Source: an uncultured virus (IMG/VR IMGVR_UViG_3300046517_001084) (lineage: Duplodnaviria > Heunggongvirae > Uroviricota > Caudoviricetes). From it: 64,000 nt of DNA. Shown piece after piece: positions 52,424 to 61,833 of this stretch (positions are counted from its first letter, which is position 1; each line of letters begins with the position of its first letter). The position numbers were made by a program, and so were the translations under genes. The notes under the pieces were generated by a model. It did no database searches. It saw only the letters and a program-made list of their open reading frames with translations, and was not told the DNA's origin. The stretch lies in the IMG/VR virus record IMGVR_UViG_3300046517_001084. One strand, 5' to 3'.

Positions 52424-53095
52424 ATGCCTGATCAACCCACGCCACCCCCGGAGCGCACCGCGCTCTACCGCCTGTACGACGCCAACGGAAAACTTCTGTA
52501 CGTCGGGATCACGAACGACACCGAGCGGCGCTGGTCTGACCACAGCAGCGACAAGTCCTGGTGGCCGGACGTGACGGAGCGGACTGTCGAGTGGTTCGCC
52601 ACTCGCCCCGCGGCGGAAGCCGCCGAAATTCAGGCGATCAAGACGGAGAAGCCCCGACGCAACCGAGCGCACAACGTAAGCCTTGAACTCGGGCACGAGT
52701 ACCTGGAGTTGATGAAGCGACAGAAGTCCCTCTTTCCTCGCGGCCACTCCGACTACGGGCCTCTGGCTGATTTCATTCAGAGGAAGATCGACGAGGGTGA
52801 GTGGCTGCCTGGGGAAAAGCTGCCGCGGAGCGGCGACATGATGTCGAAGTTCCTGGTCAGCAAGACAACACTCCAGCGCGCCTTGATGGTCCTTGCGCAG
52901 CGCGGGGTCATCACCTCGAAGGGGCAGCACATCGTCAACGATCCCCGGGACCGAACCGTCACGATCCCTGTGGGCCGTCCCGAGTCCGCCGCACTCCTCC
53001 TATGCGAAGCCATACCCCCGGCGGATCTCGCAGCTCTGGTCCGGATCCTCAACGAGATACATGAGCCTGACGAAGTCGCGAAGTCCTTGCCGTGA
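52424..53095 (+). CDS. GIY-YIG domain fused to a GntR-type winged HTH
   Basis: ALYRLYD....LYVGIT...RR..H...E..AI..EKP..N, then Y..LA..I...I..GEW.PGEKLP...F.VS..T..RAL..L. Confidence 0.8.
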   Translation: MPDQPTPPPERTALYRLYDANGKLLYVGITNDTERRWSDHSSDKSWWPDVTERTVEWFATRPAAEAAEIQAIKTEKPRRNRAHNVSLELGHEYLELMKRQKSLFPRGHSDYGPLADFIQRKIDEGEWLPGEKLPRSGDMMSKFLVSKTTLQRALMVLAQRGVITSKGQHIVNDPRDRTVTIPVGRPESAALLLCEAIPPADLAALVRILNEIHEPDEVAKSLP

Positions 53096-53231
53096 CCGTC
53101 CCGCGGCCTTCTCCCCAGATACTCCCGCCTTCCCGAGTGTTGGCGGGTGTGCGGCCCTTGGGCTGCATGTACGGCGCACGGCGGCGCGGGGACAGTCCTC
53201 GCGCCGGTACGGCTTCGAGAAGGGCTCAGTG

Positions 53232-53354
53232 ATGGATCTCGACCGGTTCGCCGTTCTGCGCGGCGATGAAGAGAACAGTCAGGGTGAGACCGGCAGCGGT
53301 AGCGACGGCCAGGAAGGCAACCCGAGCCAGGGTTGCGGCGACAACAAGAGCTGA
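53232..53354 (+). CDS. 40-aa acidic Gly/Ser-rich peptide
   Basis: GAAGGG RBS; MDLDRFAVLRGDEENSQGETGSGSDGQEGNPSQGCGDNKS; followed by a hairpin. Confidence 0.45.
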   Translation: MDLDRFAVLRGDEENSQGETGSGSDGQEGNPSQGCGDNKS

Positions 53355-53424
53355 CGGCCGCCGGTGATCAAGGGTTTCCCGCCCCTACTGTGGCGGCGGG
53401 AAACCCCCGCAACAGGAGGCACAC

Positions 53425-53859
53425 ATGGCCAGAAAGCTGACGGGAACCTCACGCGTCCAGATGGCGCCATTCACCATCTCGTGGCACGACCAGGGGCGTT
53501 GCATTCTCGCCTACGCCCGCCAGGGCCCCATGGCGATCGTCGCCGCAGTGCCAGTGCCCGACGTGCCGCACGGCGTCCCGTCACTCTGGGATGTTGCGGC
53601 CCGCCATCTACCAACGAACATCCTTGACCAGGACGAGTCATACGGCCGGTGGCTGATGTGCTCCGGCTGGGGCCTGTCTGTCATGCCCGGCCCGACCGAC
53701 CTCGAACTGGCCGGAGAAGCCTGGACGGTCGAAGTGTCCAAGTCGGTGACCTTGAAGGTGCCGTGCTACGGATCGGACGGAGTACACATCGGCCTGTTGA
53801 CGTTCGACGACGCGGCCGTGACGGAGAAGGCGCAGTCACTGCTGGCCGTCAGCGCCTGA
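53425..53859 (+). CDS. Hypothetical protein
   Basis: AGGAGG RBS; 144 aa. Confidence 0.65.
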   Translation: MARKLTGTSRVQMAPFTISWHDQGRCILAYARQGPMAIVAAVPVPDVPHGVPSLWDVAARHLPTNILDQDESYGRWLMCSGWGLSVMPGPTDLELAGEAWTVEVSKSVTLKVPCYGSDGVHIGLLTFDDAAVTEKAQSLLAVSA

Positions 53860-53962
53860 AACAGAAGAACGGCCGGGGCTAGAGACCCCGACCGCTCGGA
53901 AACCAGCGGCTCTGAACCAGCTGATCAAGAAACCCCATCACCCAAATGATTGGAGGCTCCTG

Positions 53963-54262
53963 ATGGAGTCTACGCATCGTGCTGCCTTAGCGCAGCCCTC
54001 AATCTCTCCCGCGGCTCTGGTCAAGATCCCGCTGCCGGACCTCCTGGCGAAGTTTGATGCCGAGCTCTATGACTCGTCGATCACGGATGCCGGGTTCTTC
54101 GGCGCCGCGATCCGGCGGGAGGACGGGCACATCGCCCTCGCCATGCCGTCCGGTCGCGAGGCGTTCGAGCGGGACACGGTCGCCCGGATCCTGCTCGGCA
54201 AGGTGCTGGGGATCCCGTTGGCGCCACTGCCGCGGTCGCTGCGAGCGTCAGTCGTAGCCTGA
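53963..54262 (+). CDS. Hypothetical protein
   Basis: GGAGG RBS; I.D.GFFGA...L.MP.GR...ERD..AR.LL. Confidence 0.7.
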   Translation: MESTHRAALAQPSISPAALVKIPLPDLLAKFDAELYDSSITDAGFFGAAIRREDGHIALAMPSGREAFERDTVARILLGKVLGIPLAPLPRSLRASVVA

Positions 54263-54277
54263 TCCGAAGCACGCAGC

Positions 54278-54309
54278 GAAGCCCGCCACCGTCGGGGTGG
54301 CGGGCTTCG
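54278..54309. terminator. Convergent hairpin terminator
   Basis: GAAGCCCGCCACC-GTCGG-GGTGGCGGGCTTC. Confidence 0.75.
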
Positions 54310-54336
54310 TGGTGTTCAGCCGAGGTTGGCCGCGCT

Positions 54337-54528
54337 TCAGGTGTCCGTGTACCGGGGGTTGTCGGGGAGGGCGCGCACGGTGGGCGGTTGGGCCTGGAGT
54401 TGGGTCTGCCAGGCGGCGTAGTCGGCGGTGATGACCTTGACGGCTGCGGCGATCTGCTGGTCGCGGCCGTCGGCGAGGATCTCGTCCTCGCTGATGAGGG
54501 GCCAGGGGACGGTGATGAGGGGGAGCAT
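54337..54528 (-). CDS. Small hypothetical protein
   Basis: GAGGAG RBS. Confidence 0.5.
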   Translation of the reverse strand: MLPLITVPWPLISEDEILADGRDQQIAAAVKVITADYAAWQTQLQAQPPTVRALPDNPRYTDT

Positions 54529-54632
54529 GGGTTCTCCTCAGCGGTGGCGCCGGCGGCGGGCGTTCCAGGCGGATTGTATGGCCTGGCTGGTGCGCCGGGG
54601 CAGGGTGAAGGCGGTGGTGAGCAGCGTCGGGA

Positions 54633-54857
54633 TCACGGGGTGTTTTGGGTGCGGGCGATGGCGCGGACGTTGAGCGCGTCCGCTTCGGCATCGAGGAGCT
54701 GGGCCGCTGCTTCGGCGTCGAGACCGGTGATACGGATCTTCGCGGCGCAGTGTTCGAGCAGGGCGACGACCGTGAGGCATCTGATGTAGGGCTGGCCGTC
54801 CGTTCCGAGGGCTAGCGGCAGGAACGTCGCGAGGTTCCGGGCGGGGGTGTCAGTCAC
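54633..54857 (-). CDS. Small hypothetical protein
   Basis: LP...G.DGQPY...V..LL pattern; GTGA coupling. Confidence 0.55.
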   Translation of the reverse strand: MTDTPARNLATFLPLALGTDGQPYIRCLTVVALLEHCAAKIRITGLDAEAAAQLLDAEADALNVRAIARTQNTP

Positions 54858-54942
54858 GGCGTCTCCCTGGTTGGCTTGAGGAACAGGTTGGCGGGTACTC
54901 CGGCGACCGCGATGACCATGGCGACGTACAGGAACACGCAGG

Positions 54943-55935
54943 TCACGACGGGGTCTCCTCGGGCCCGTTGAGGGCTTGGTCGATGCGGTCGGCGTAGTCG
55001 ACGGCGACGCCATGGGGCGAGCACCAGGTGCGCATGTCGGCAGCCAGAGCCCGGACTCGGCCGAGGGCGGCATCCGCGCGGCGAGCCTGCGGTATGCGCT
55101 TCACGTGGTTCTCCAGGAAGCAGGTGGAGGCCAGTTGTCCGTCGGCCTGGATTCGGGCGGCCCAGTCGAGGCGTTCTGCCGGTGTCGCTCGGTTCCACCA
55201 CCAGATCCACTGGGCCGGGGTCGGTACGACGCGCTCATCGGTGACGGGTTCTTCGCCTTCACGGAGACGCGCGACCTCTGCCCGCAGCCGCTCCAGTTCG
55301 TCGTTGCGGACGGCGAGTACGGCGTCGGCGACGGCTTCGCGGGCGGACAACGGCAGCCACTGGCCGTGCGCGTTGAGTGCGGGACCGACGGCGTTGCGGG
55401 CCAGGGCGCGGCGGCGGGTGTCGTCGCTGGCCGGATCGGGCGGGGTGACGATCTGCACCGGCTCTCCGTCGGCCATCATCCGGTCGATGTCCGCCTCGGC
55501 CAGGCCCGTGTCGTCGGGTTCGTCTTCCCGCCGGGCGATCTCGGCTTCCATCTCGCCGGCCCATTCAGCGGGGACGTGGACCGGCACGCTGTCGCTGCGG
55601 CAGGCCTGCGCGTTGATCGCGCGGCAGCGCCAGCAGTACCAGCCGACCTGAACGAGGTTGTTCGGTTCGGTTTCTGTGGCCGGTGCCGAACAAGTTCCGT
55701 CGTCGCTGGCTGTCGGGTTGTCCGGGGTTGTCCGGGAGTTGTCCCGGCTGTTGAGGGTGTGGCGGAGGAGGCCTTCGGCGTGCCGCCATCCGGCGGCTAT
55801 GCCCCACTGGACGGGGCGGACTTCGTCGATGTCCAGGGCGGCGACGTTGCGGTCTTGCTCGGCGGCCTCGCTCGCGTACCGGTCGGCGAGGGCACGGAAC
55901 GGGGCAAGCGGGTCGGGGGCGGCGGGCTCGGTCAT
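54943..55935 (-). CDS. Mosaic hypothetical protein
   Basis: 330 aa; CWRC motif; T.GQWI..WN.A-like segment. Confidence 0.7.
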   Translation of the reverse strand: MTEPAAPDPLAPFRALADRYASEAAEQDRNVAALDIDEVRPVQWGIAAGWRHAEGLLRHTLNSRDNSRTTPDNPTASDDGTCSAPATETEPNNLVQVGWYCWRCRAINAQACRSDSVPVHVPAEWAGEMEAEIARREDEPDDTGLAEADIDRMMADGEPVQIVTPPDPASDDTRRRALARNAVGPALNAHGQWLPLSAREAVADAVLAVRNDELERLRAEVARLREGEEPVTDERVVPTPAQWIWWWNRATPAERLDWAARIQADGQLASTCFLENHVKRIPQARRADAALGRVRALAADMRTWCSPHGVAVDYADRIDQALNGPEETPS

Positions 55936-56249
55936 GACGGGCTCCCGGTGTCGAGGACGAGCTGCTGCTGGAACCGGCCGCGTGCGGCTGCTTTCGCGGC
56001 GCGGGCGGTCTCGATGTCGGCGGGGCTGTGGCCGTGGTGGGCGGCGAGCGCGTGGAGGGCTTCGGTGACGTCGGCGAGTTCGTCGAGGAGCGTGTCCGGG
56101 CTGGCGGTGATGGCTTCGGTGGCTTCTTCGGCGAGCTTGGCGCGCAGGAGGCCGGGGAGTTCGCCGGGCCTGGCGGTGCGGACGGTGAGGTAGTCGCCGT
56201 TGGCGGCAGCGATCTCCGGGATGCGGTCGCGGATCAACTTGTCAGGCAT
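55932..56249 (-). CDS. MazG-like nucleotide pyrophosphohydrolase (PRA-PH type)
   Basis: KLIRDRIPEI...KL.EE..E...ELADV.E...K...RG.F. Confidence 0.85.
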   Translation of the reverse strand: MPDKLIRDRIPEIAAANGDYLTVRTARPGELPGLLRAKLAEEATEAITASPDTLLDELADVTEALHALAAHHGHSPADIETARAAKAAARGRFQQQLVLDTGSPS

Positions 56250-56490
56250 GGTCGTCTCCGTCGGTGGGTTCGGGCTGTGGGCAGAGCACGAAGTCGCCCT
56301 GCTGGCCGCCGACGAAGCGGCCGTGTTCGTCGATCAGCCCGGAGGCCTGCAACTGGCTGTACAGCGAGGTCATCTGCGTGAACGCGGCCTGGATCACGGG
56401 CATAGCGGTCTGGATCACCTGTTGTGCGGCCGCGGCGAACTCGGCTATGGCGCGCAGCTCGTCGGGCGAGAGCTCGGGCTGGTCGTTCAC
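56242..56490 (-). CDS. Small hypothetical protein
   Basis: GAGGAG RBS; coupled. Confidence 0.5.
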   Translation of the reverse strand: MNDQPELSPDELRAIAEFAAAAQQVIQTAMPVIQAAFTQMTSLYSQLQASGLIDEHGRFVGGQQGDFVLCPQPEPTDGDDHA

Positions 56491-56804
56491 GTGGTCTCCT
56501 CGGGCAGCATCAGGTCGGTGATCTGGTCGGGCCAGTCGCATTTGGCGGGCTGGCGGGTGGCGGGCCAGCATCCGCCGTCGGCGCCGAGCCCGGAGTTAAA
56601 GCCGGGGCAGTCGACGTGGGCCTCCTCACGCGGGGCGTGGAGGTCGAGGAACGCCTGCTCGTCGGGGTCGAGGCTCTGTGCGCCGTTCTGCGGCCCGATC
56701 CGACCCCCACCCCCTCGCCAGGTGCCGGGTTGGGGGTCCTGGGCGCTCTCAGGGCCATCTGAGCCCGTTTCCGGGGGCTCGGAGCTTGCTCGGTCCGGCA
56801 TCAT
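56487..56804 (-). CDS. Hypothetical protein
   Basis: Coupled; H...C...C.W motif. Confidence 0.45.
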   Translation of the reverse strand: MMPDRASSEPPETGSDGPESAQDPQPGTWRGGGGRIGPQNGAQSLDPDEQAFLDLHAPREEAHVDCPGFNSGLGADGGCWPATRQPAKCDWPDQITDLMLPEETT

Positions 56805-57313
56805 TCGCTTTCAACGCTTTCCTCGGCCTCGCGTCGGCGGGCCTCTCGTGCGCTCGGGCTGACGCCTCGGAGCCAGTTCTCGCGGGGCGTGACGGGCTCC
56901 AGGTGCTGGGGTTTGACGCAGGACGGGTTACGGCACAGGTGATCGATGACCAGCCCGTGGGGTATCTGGCCCACCCGGCTCTCGTAGGCGTACCGATGCG
57001 CGGGGATGGCGCGCCCCTCGACGCTGAACGTGCCGTAGCCATCGGGGCTCTTGCGGCCCTGCCACTCCCAGCAGCGGGTGCGGAGCTTCTTGACCTGCTC
57101 CCAGAACCTGATGTCCCGGCGCGCCTCGTACTCCGACTCCGGCGACATCCCGAGCTGAACGGCAGCGAGGGCCACCGCCTCACGGACGCTGAGGCCCTCC
57201 TCGGATCGTGCCCGCAGCTCTGTCGCGCGCCGCTCCAGCTCTTTGGCGATCTTCTCTTCGCGAGCCGACATGCCTCGCGAGTGCTTGCGCTCGTCATGCC
57301 AGTTGCCGCTCAC
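56801..57313 (-). CDS. HNH endonuclease
   Basis: RFW..V...CWEWQG...GYG.F...AHR.AYE...IDHLCRN.SCV.P.HLEPVT..EN..R. Confidence 0.88.
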   Translation of the reverse strand: MSGNWHDERKHSRGMSAREEKIAKELERRATELRARSEEGLSVREAVALAAVQLGMSPESEYEARRDIRFWEQVKKLRTRCWEWQGRKSPDGYGTFSVEGRAIPAHRYAYESRVGQIPHGLVIDHLCRNPSCVKPQHLEPVTPRENWLRGVSPSAREARRREAEESVESE

Positions 57314-57579
57314 CGTCCGGCCTCCTTCGGCTCGGCGAGCGCGGCACGGATCTCGACGATCACGTCGTGGCGGTCGGGCCCGCCCCAGTCGGCGCCGTCG
57401 AGTGCCGCACTGACGCGGGCGAAAGCGGCCGCGGCCCTCGCTGCTGCGGCGGCCTTCGTGTGCAGGGCGGTGATCCCTGCGTGGAGGTCGTCGAGTTCGG
57501 GCGCGAGGATCGTGCCGCGCCGTGCCCGGTCGACGAGGTGCAGCAGGTCTTTGAGGGTCGTTGCTCGGCTATCGGTCAT
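57310..57579 (-). CDS. Small hypothetical protein
   Basis: L.HLVDRARRG..L..E...L.AGI. Confidence 0.55.
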   Translation of the reverse strand: MTDSRATTLKDLLHLVDRARRGTILAPELDDLHAGITALHTKAAAAARAAAAFARVSAALDGADWGGPDRHDVIVEIRAALAEPKEAGR

Positions 57580-57927
57580 CGCTGCCTCCTGGCGTTCCTG
57601 GCTATCGCCCGGCGGGTGGCCCGGTTCGGGCGGGGTTCGGGCGCCGCGTCGTCCACGACCCGCTCCACGACGCGGAGTTCGGTCTCCCAACGGGCGCCTG
57701 GGACGCCGGCGTGCTCTCCGCGGGGGCTGGACGACGGGCCGGTCACGTCCGCCTCCCGGGCTGGTTGCCGGTGATGATCCGTCCGGCCGTGTCGAGGTGC
57801 CCGTCGGCGGTGGCGAGGGGCCGCAGGGCGCGGGCCAGGACGTCGGCCGGGGCTTCGTGGCGGTAGCAGCGACGCAGGATCTCCGCCGTCCGCTCGTGCA
57901 GCGCTGGGGCCAGCGGGCGCGGGGCGG

Positions 57928-58185
57928 TCACGCCGCCCACTTCCCTGGCCGGGCGACGCCGCCGCCGAGGATCCCGGCCCGGAAGCCGAGCGCCACTGCA
58001 TGCGCCCGGTCGCGGGCGCCCAGCTTCGCCATCAGCCAGCGGGCATGCGTGGCGACCGTCGCCGCCGTCAGGCCGAGCTCGGCAGCGATCTGCACGTAGG
58101 TCCAGCCGCGGGCTATCCCGTCGAGGACATCAAGCTCCCGGGCGGACAGCGGGGCGCCGAGCCGGGGCGGGGGCAGGGTCGTCAT
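57928..58185 (-). CDS. Stand-alone LuxR-type HTH regulator
   Basis: LS.RE.DVL..IA.G.T..QIA.ELGL...TV.TH.....KLGARDRAHAVA. Confidence 0.88.
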   Translation of the reverse strand: MTTLPPPRLGAPLSARELDVLDGIARGWTYVQIAAELGLTAATVATHARWLMAKLGARDRAHAVALGFRAGILGGGVARPGKWAA

Positions 58186-58523
58186 CGCTGCGCCGCCTTG
58201 GGCTGCCCGGTGAGGGCCGCCCGGTCGGCGATCTTCGCGAGCTTGGCGGTGAGGACGCCCTCGGGGTTGCCGACGAGTGAGGCGAGCGCCACCGCAGCGG
58301 TGACGATCACGTCGCAGAGCTCGTCGGCCACGTCGGCCTGGCTGTGCGTCAGGCCCTTGCGGGGGTTCTGGCCGTGCATGCCGCTGTAGGCCTGGGTGAC
58401 TTCCCCCGCCTCCTCGGTGATCTTCATCAGGCGCATGGCGATCTCGTGATCACCGCACCCGTTCTCGTCGTCGAGCCAATCGACGAGACCGCGGATCGTG
58501 GACCACTGAGCAGTGCTGAGCAT
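58182..58523 (-). CDS. MazG-like family protein
   Basis: K..EEAGEV.QA..G..GQNPRKG.TH...V.DELCDV. Confidence 0.88.
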   Translation of the reverse strand: MLSTAQWSTIRGLVDWLDDENGCGDHEIAMRLMKITEEAGEVTQAYSGMHGQNPRKGLTHSQADVADELCDVIVTAAVALASLVGNPEGVLTAKLAKIADRAALTGQPKAAQR

Positions 58524-58600
58524 CGGATTCCTCCAGGGGTGAGATGTGATCTGCTGGGCGGGTGCGGCCCCGGATAGGCGCCGGGGCCGCGCGTTGGGCG

Positions 58601-58834
58601 TCACGGGTTGACGGCGATCGTGGCGAGCGACGACCACCAGACCTCACGCGTCTCCGGGTTGTCGGGGCCTGTGGCCCGGGAGAAGTCGACCCCGGCGAGG
58701 ACCAGGTACTCCCAAGAGCCGCCGTTGTACGGGCCCTTGGCGTCGACGACGGTCGCGGTACCAGTCCGGGCGGCGGGCCACTGCTGGCCGTAGTGCCGCA
58801 CCCGGGTACCGGCGGGCAACGGCTGCTCGCTCAT
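58601..58834 (-). CDS. Small SH3-like hypothetical protein
   Basis: GTRVRH.GQQW...GTA.V...GP...WEY.V. Confidence 0.55.
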   Translation of the reverse strand: MSEQPLPAGTRVRHYGQQWPAARTGTATVVDAKGPYNGGSWEYLVLAGVDFSRATGPDNPETREVWWSSLATIAVNP

Positions 58835-59415
58835 CGCCCGGCCTCCTCGGGCTGCTGCGCCTCGTCGGCCATACGGCGGATCTTCTCCAGCACGGTAGAG
58901 ACGCCGTTGCAGAAGTCGCAGCCGTCGTCCTGCGCGTAGCCGCAGTCGCGGATCTCCTTGCGGACCAGGTGCTCGACCTCGGCGAGCACGGCGGCCCGGT
59001 CGGCGGCCTTCTCCTGCCAGGCCCGATTGCCGCAGGAACAGATGCAGGACTCCGTATCCGTGGGCGCAACGAAGGCGTGATCGCAGTTGTCGCAGTAGTA
59101 CTTGCCGGGGCCGCCCCGGTCGGCGGGTGCGGGTAGGACGGCCAATTCGCTGGCCCGTTCCTGGATCGCGTCCCACGGCGCCCCGGTACCGAGGCCGAGC
59201 GCCTGCGACAGGGCGAGACGGTGGTCGGCGAGCTGGCGTCCGGCGTCGTTCATCAACTGAATGGCGCGGATCGCTGTCCAGGTCGCAACGTCGCCGGTCG
59301 GGGCCTGCCCGTACACGGCGCCCATGACGGCGTCGGCTTGGGCGCTTGGGATCAGCGTCCGGCACTCGTCGAGCACGGCCTCAATCCGGTCGCGCAGGGT
59401 GGGCTGGTCGGTCAT
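58831..59415 (-). CDS. Mosaic hypothetical protein with Cys clusters
   Basis: ATGA coupling; CxxC motifs. Confidence 0.6.
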   Translation of the reverse strand: MTDQPTLRDRIEAVLDECRTLIPSAQADAVMGAVYGQAPTGDVATWTAIRAIQLMNDAGRQLADHRLALSQALGLGTGAPWDAIQERASELAVLPAPADRGGPGKYYCDNCDHAFVAPTDTESCICSCGNRAWQEKAADRAAVLAEVEHLVRKEIRDCGYAQDDGCDFCNGVSTVLEKIRRMADEAQQPEEAGR

Positions 59416-59609
59416 CGGCCGTCTCCCGCCAGTGGGATGAGGACGTCGGCGCCGCAGTCGTCCCAGGTGCAGAAGCCCCCGTCGGGCAGGTCCTCGGACG
59501 TGAGCGGCGTGAGGCCCACCCAGCCTTCGCCGTGGGTACGGCAGAGCAGGACGCCGGGGCGGTCGGTGTTGAGGTAGGCGACGATGGCGGGCTCGGTCTG
59601 GTCGGTCAT
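59412..59609 (-). CDS. Small hypothetical protein
   Basis: LLC..HG...LTS.DLPDGG.C...CG.DVLI. Confidence 0.6.
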   Translation of the reverse strand: MTDQTEPAIVAYLNTDRPGVLLCRTHGEGWVGLTPLTSEDLPDGGFCTWDDCGADVLIPLAGDGR

Positions 59610-59640
59610 CGGGTTCCTCCGGGTCGGGTGGTCGGGGCGG

Positions 59641-59961
59641 TCAGGCGGGACGGTGTTCGGTGACGGGCAGCCACTTGGTGACGGTGACGTCGCGCGCCTC
59701 AACCTCGACGGCCTTGATCTCGTCGTCGTCGAACCAGAGGTCGCATTCCTGGCGCTCGGTCAACGGCAGCTGGTAGCGGACGCAGTACGCCTTGCCGTCG
59801 TCGGGGGCGCGGAAGACGAACTTGTGCACGGACGACCAGCGTCGGCTGTCGACTTGCTCGTCATGCAGTTCGGTCGCTAGGCCCTCAACCGAGCTGCTGT
59901 CGCAGTCGAAGGGCACGCCGATCTCGTCGAGCTGGTCGCGGGTGAAGGTGCGTTCGGGCAT
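59641..59961 (-). CDS. Hypothetical protein
   Basis: RRW......FRAPDDG..Y.V.Y...LTE.QE. Confidence 0.65.
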   Translation of the reverse strand: MPERTFTRDQLDEIGVPFDCDSSSVEGLATELHDEQVDSRRWSSVHKFVFRAPDDGKAYCVRYQLPLTERQECDLWFDDDEIKAVEVEARDVTVTKWLPVTEHRPA

Positions 59962-60036
59962 CACGGTCTCCTCAAGTGGTGGCGGGTCAGGGGGCTGGCG
60001 GGCGGCCACGGCGGTCGTCGTGGCACGGCAGACGGG

Positions 60037-60759
60037 TCAGGCGGCGGGGCGGGAGCGGTCACGGATCTCATCGATCCGGCGGGCAATCCGCTCGGGGACG
60101 GCCAAGCCGAGTGCCCGGTACTCCTCGGCGCAGTAGCGGGCGAACTCGGCACCGTGGGCGTTGATGAGCCGGTCAACGGCGATCTCTCCGGCGTGGTGGC
60201 GGAGTTCCTTCACCGTCGCCCCGGCCGCGGCGGCGATCTCGGCGTCTCGGCGACGGTAGTCGTTCTTGCGGACGGCGTCGGCGTGGACCACGGCCCGGAG
60301 CCGGCGACATTCCTCGACGCGCAGGGCGATCGCATTGCTGTAGCTGGTGGTTCGCTTGCGCCAGTCGTGAGCTTCGAGGCTCGTTTCGTGCTTGCGTTCC
60401 TTCAGTTGCGTGGTGACGTCTGCGGCGAGCTGGGCGAGGTGGCGCTTCCAGCGGCGCAGGTTGAGTTCGTGGCGCAGCACTGCTCGGTCTGCTCGGGCGC
60501 CTTGGTTGCGGAGGTCGGCGACGACGATTTCGCGGAAGTCGATGTCGGGCAGGGACGCAACGTGTTCGATGTCTGCGCGGTCGGCTTCGTCGGCGGCGAG
60601 GGGCGCTTCGACGGTGTTTTTGGTGAGGTGCCACCAGGTGCAGACGCATTCGTAGGGCGTGAGCTGGAGGTTGGCGCGGAGGTCGACGCGCTGGCTGGAG
60701 TTGATGGCGGCGGCTCGGGTGGCGAAGCGGGACTTGGTGGGGTGCGGGCAGGCGGTCAT
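60037..60759 (-). CDS. Hypothetical protein with N-terminal zinc motif
   Basis: CP.P.K.RF....A...PYEC.C..WHLT. Confidence 0.7.
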   Translation of the reverse strand: MTACPHPTKSRFATRAAAINSSQRVDLRANLQLTPYECVCTWWHLTKNTVEAPLAADEADRADIEHVASLPDIDFREIVVADLRNQGARADRAVLRHELNLRRWKRHLAQLAADVTTQLKERKHETSLEAHDWRKRTTSYSNAIALRVEECRRLRAVVHADAVRKNDYRRRDAEIAAAAGATVKELRHHAGEIAVDRLINAHGAEFARYCAEEYRALGLAVPERIARRIDEIRDRSRPAA

Positions 60760-60786
60760 CGGTCGGGCTCCTTTCGGTGGTTGTGG

Positions 60787-60975
60787 TCAGGCGGCGTCGG
60801 CGATATGCAGGTGGGGTTCGCCAAGGGCGGCGGCGAGGGCGGCGTAGTGGGCGGCTTGCTCGGCCGGTGTCCAGCCGGGTGGCTGCGGGGCCCTGCGGCG
60901 GCCCTGTGCGGGCCGTGAGCCGCCGAACGTGCCGTCGGGCACCCCTTCGGCCATCAGGCGCTCCAGCGGCGTCAC
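60787..60975 (-). CDS. Small hypothetical protein
   Basis: AGGAGG RBS; TPLERL.AE..P.GTFGG. Confidence 0.5.
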   Translation of the reverse strand: MTPLERLMAEGVPDGTFGGSRPAQGRRRAPQPPGWTPAEQAAHYAALAAALGEPHLHIADAA

Positions 60976-61202
60976 GAGGCGCCTCCTGTGGCCTGGACGC
61001 TCCAACGACCCTTTCGGTGACGGGTGATGGAGTCGCCGAACCGGGCCACCAGGCGGCTCTCACCGGTGCCAATCCGGAGACCAGTGACGACCGTCTTGCC
61101 GCCGATGCACTCCCAGTAGCCCTTGGCGTAGATCCCGTCACGGTCGATCGCGTCGTCGATCTCGGCAAGGTTCTCGCGGGTCAGCTGCCACGTCTGGCTC
61201 AT
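60972..61202 (-). CDS. Small hypothetical protein
   Basis: Coupled; VA.FGD.I motif. Confidence 0.55.
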   Translation of the reverse strand: MSQTWQLTRENLAEIDDAIDRDGIYAKGYWECIGGKTVVTGLRIGTGESRLVARFGDSITRHRKGRWSVQATGGAS

Positions 61203-61504
61203 GCCGCCACCTGCTCGGCTTCGGTGTACCGGCGGGCATGGACAGTGGCCCGCTCCCGGCCGTCCTCGTGGCACGGAACGGTCGGCGTCACCTGGCATTC
61301 GGGGCAGCGGGCAGTCAACTGGGCCCAGGCGGAGCGGCGGGCCGGGTGGACGTCGACGGTCAGGAGTCGACGGGCGCCCCTGTTGATGCACGGCTTGTGC
61401 GGCGCGACCCCACAGTGCGGGCACTCCACCGACCGGGCCGGGGGCTGCCCAGCACGCAGGTCGTGGCGGATTGAATCGGGCATTGGGGCTTGGGAACGGG
61501 TCAC
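61199..61504 (-). CDS. Double zinc-finger protein
   Basis: Two CPxC...PC...H..R units. Confidence 0.65.
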   Translation of the reverse strand: MTRSQAPMPDSIRHDLRAGQPPARSVECPHCGVAPHKPCINRGARRLLTVDVHPARRSAWAQLTARCPECQVTPTVPCHEDGRERATVHARRYTEAEQVAA

Positions 61505-61833
61505 GGGTTCCTCCTCAGGTCGGTGCAGGGCGGGCATTCGCAGGTCTGGCCGGGGTCGTTGTCGAGCCGGTCACGGTGCTCGGTCGCGACGACGTACTCG
61601 CGGTACGCCTCCAGGGCCCGGGTCCAGGCGCCGGGCGGCTGTGGTGGTGGCGGGTCTGGCGGGCGGGTGCCGGTGGGCCAGGCGCCGGGCTTGTAGCCGG
61701 GGGGCCGCAGCGGAGCCGCGGCGGAGGGCTTGTCGCGGCGGGCGCGGCCCTCGGCGATTTGCTGCCGCAGGAACGCCTTCAAGTCGCCCTGGGCGCGCAT
61801 CTCCCGGATGTCGTCACGCTCGACGTCACTCAC
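61501..61833 (-). CDS. Hypothetical Pro-rich protein
   Basis: DI..MR..GDL..FLR; PGAWP.GT. Confidence 0.55.
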   Translation of the reverse strand: MSDVERDDIREMRAQGDLKAFLRQQIAEGRARRDKPSAAAPLRPPGYKPGAWPTGTRPPDPPPPQPPGAWTRALEAYREYVVATEHRDRLDNDPGQTCECPPCTDLRRNP

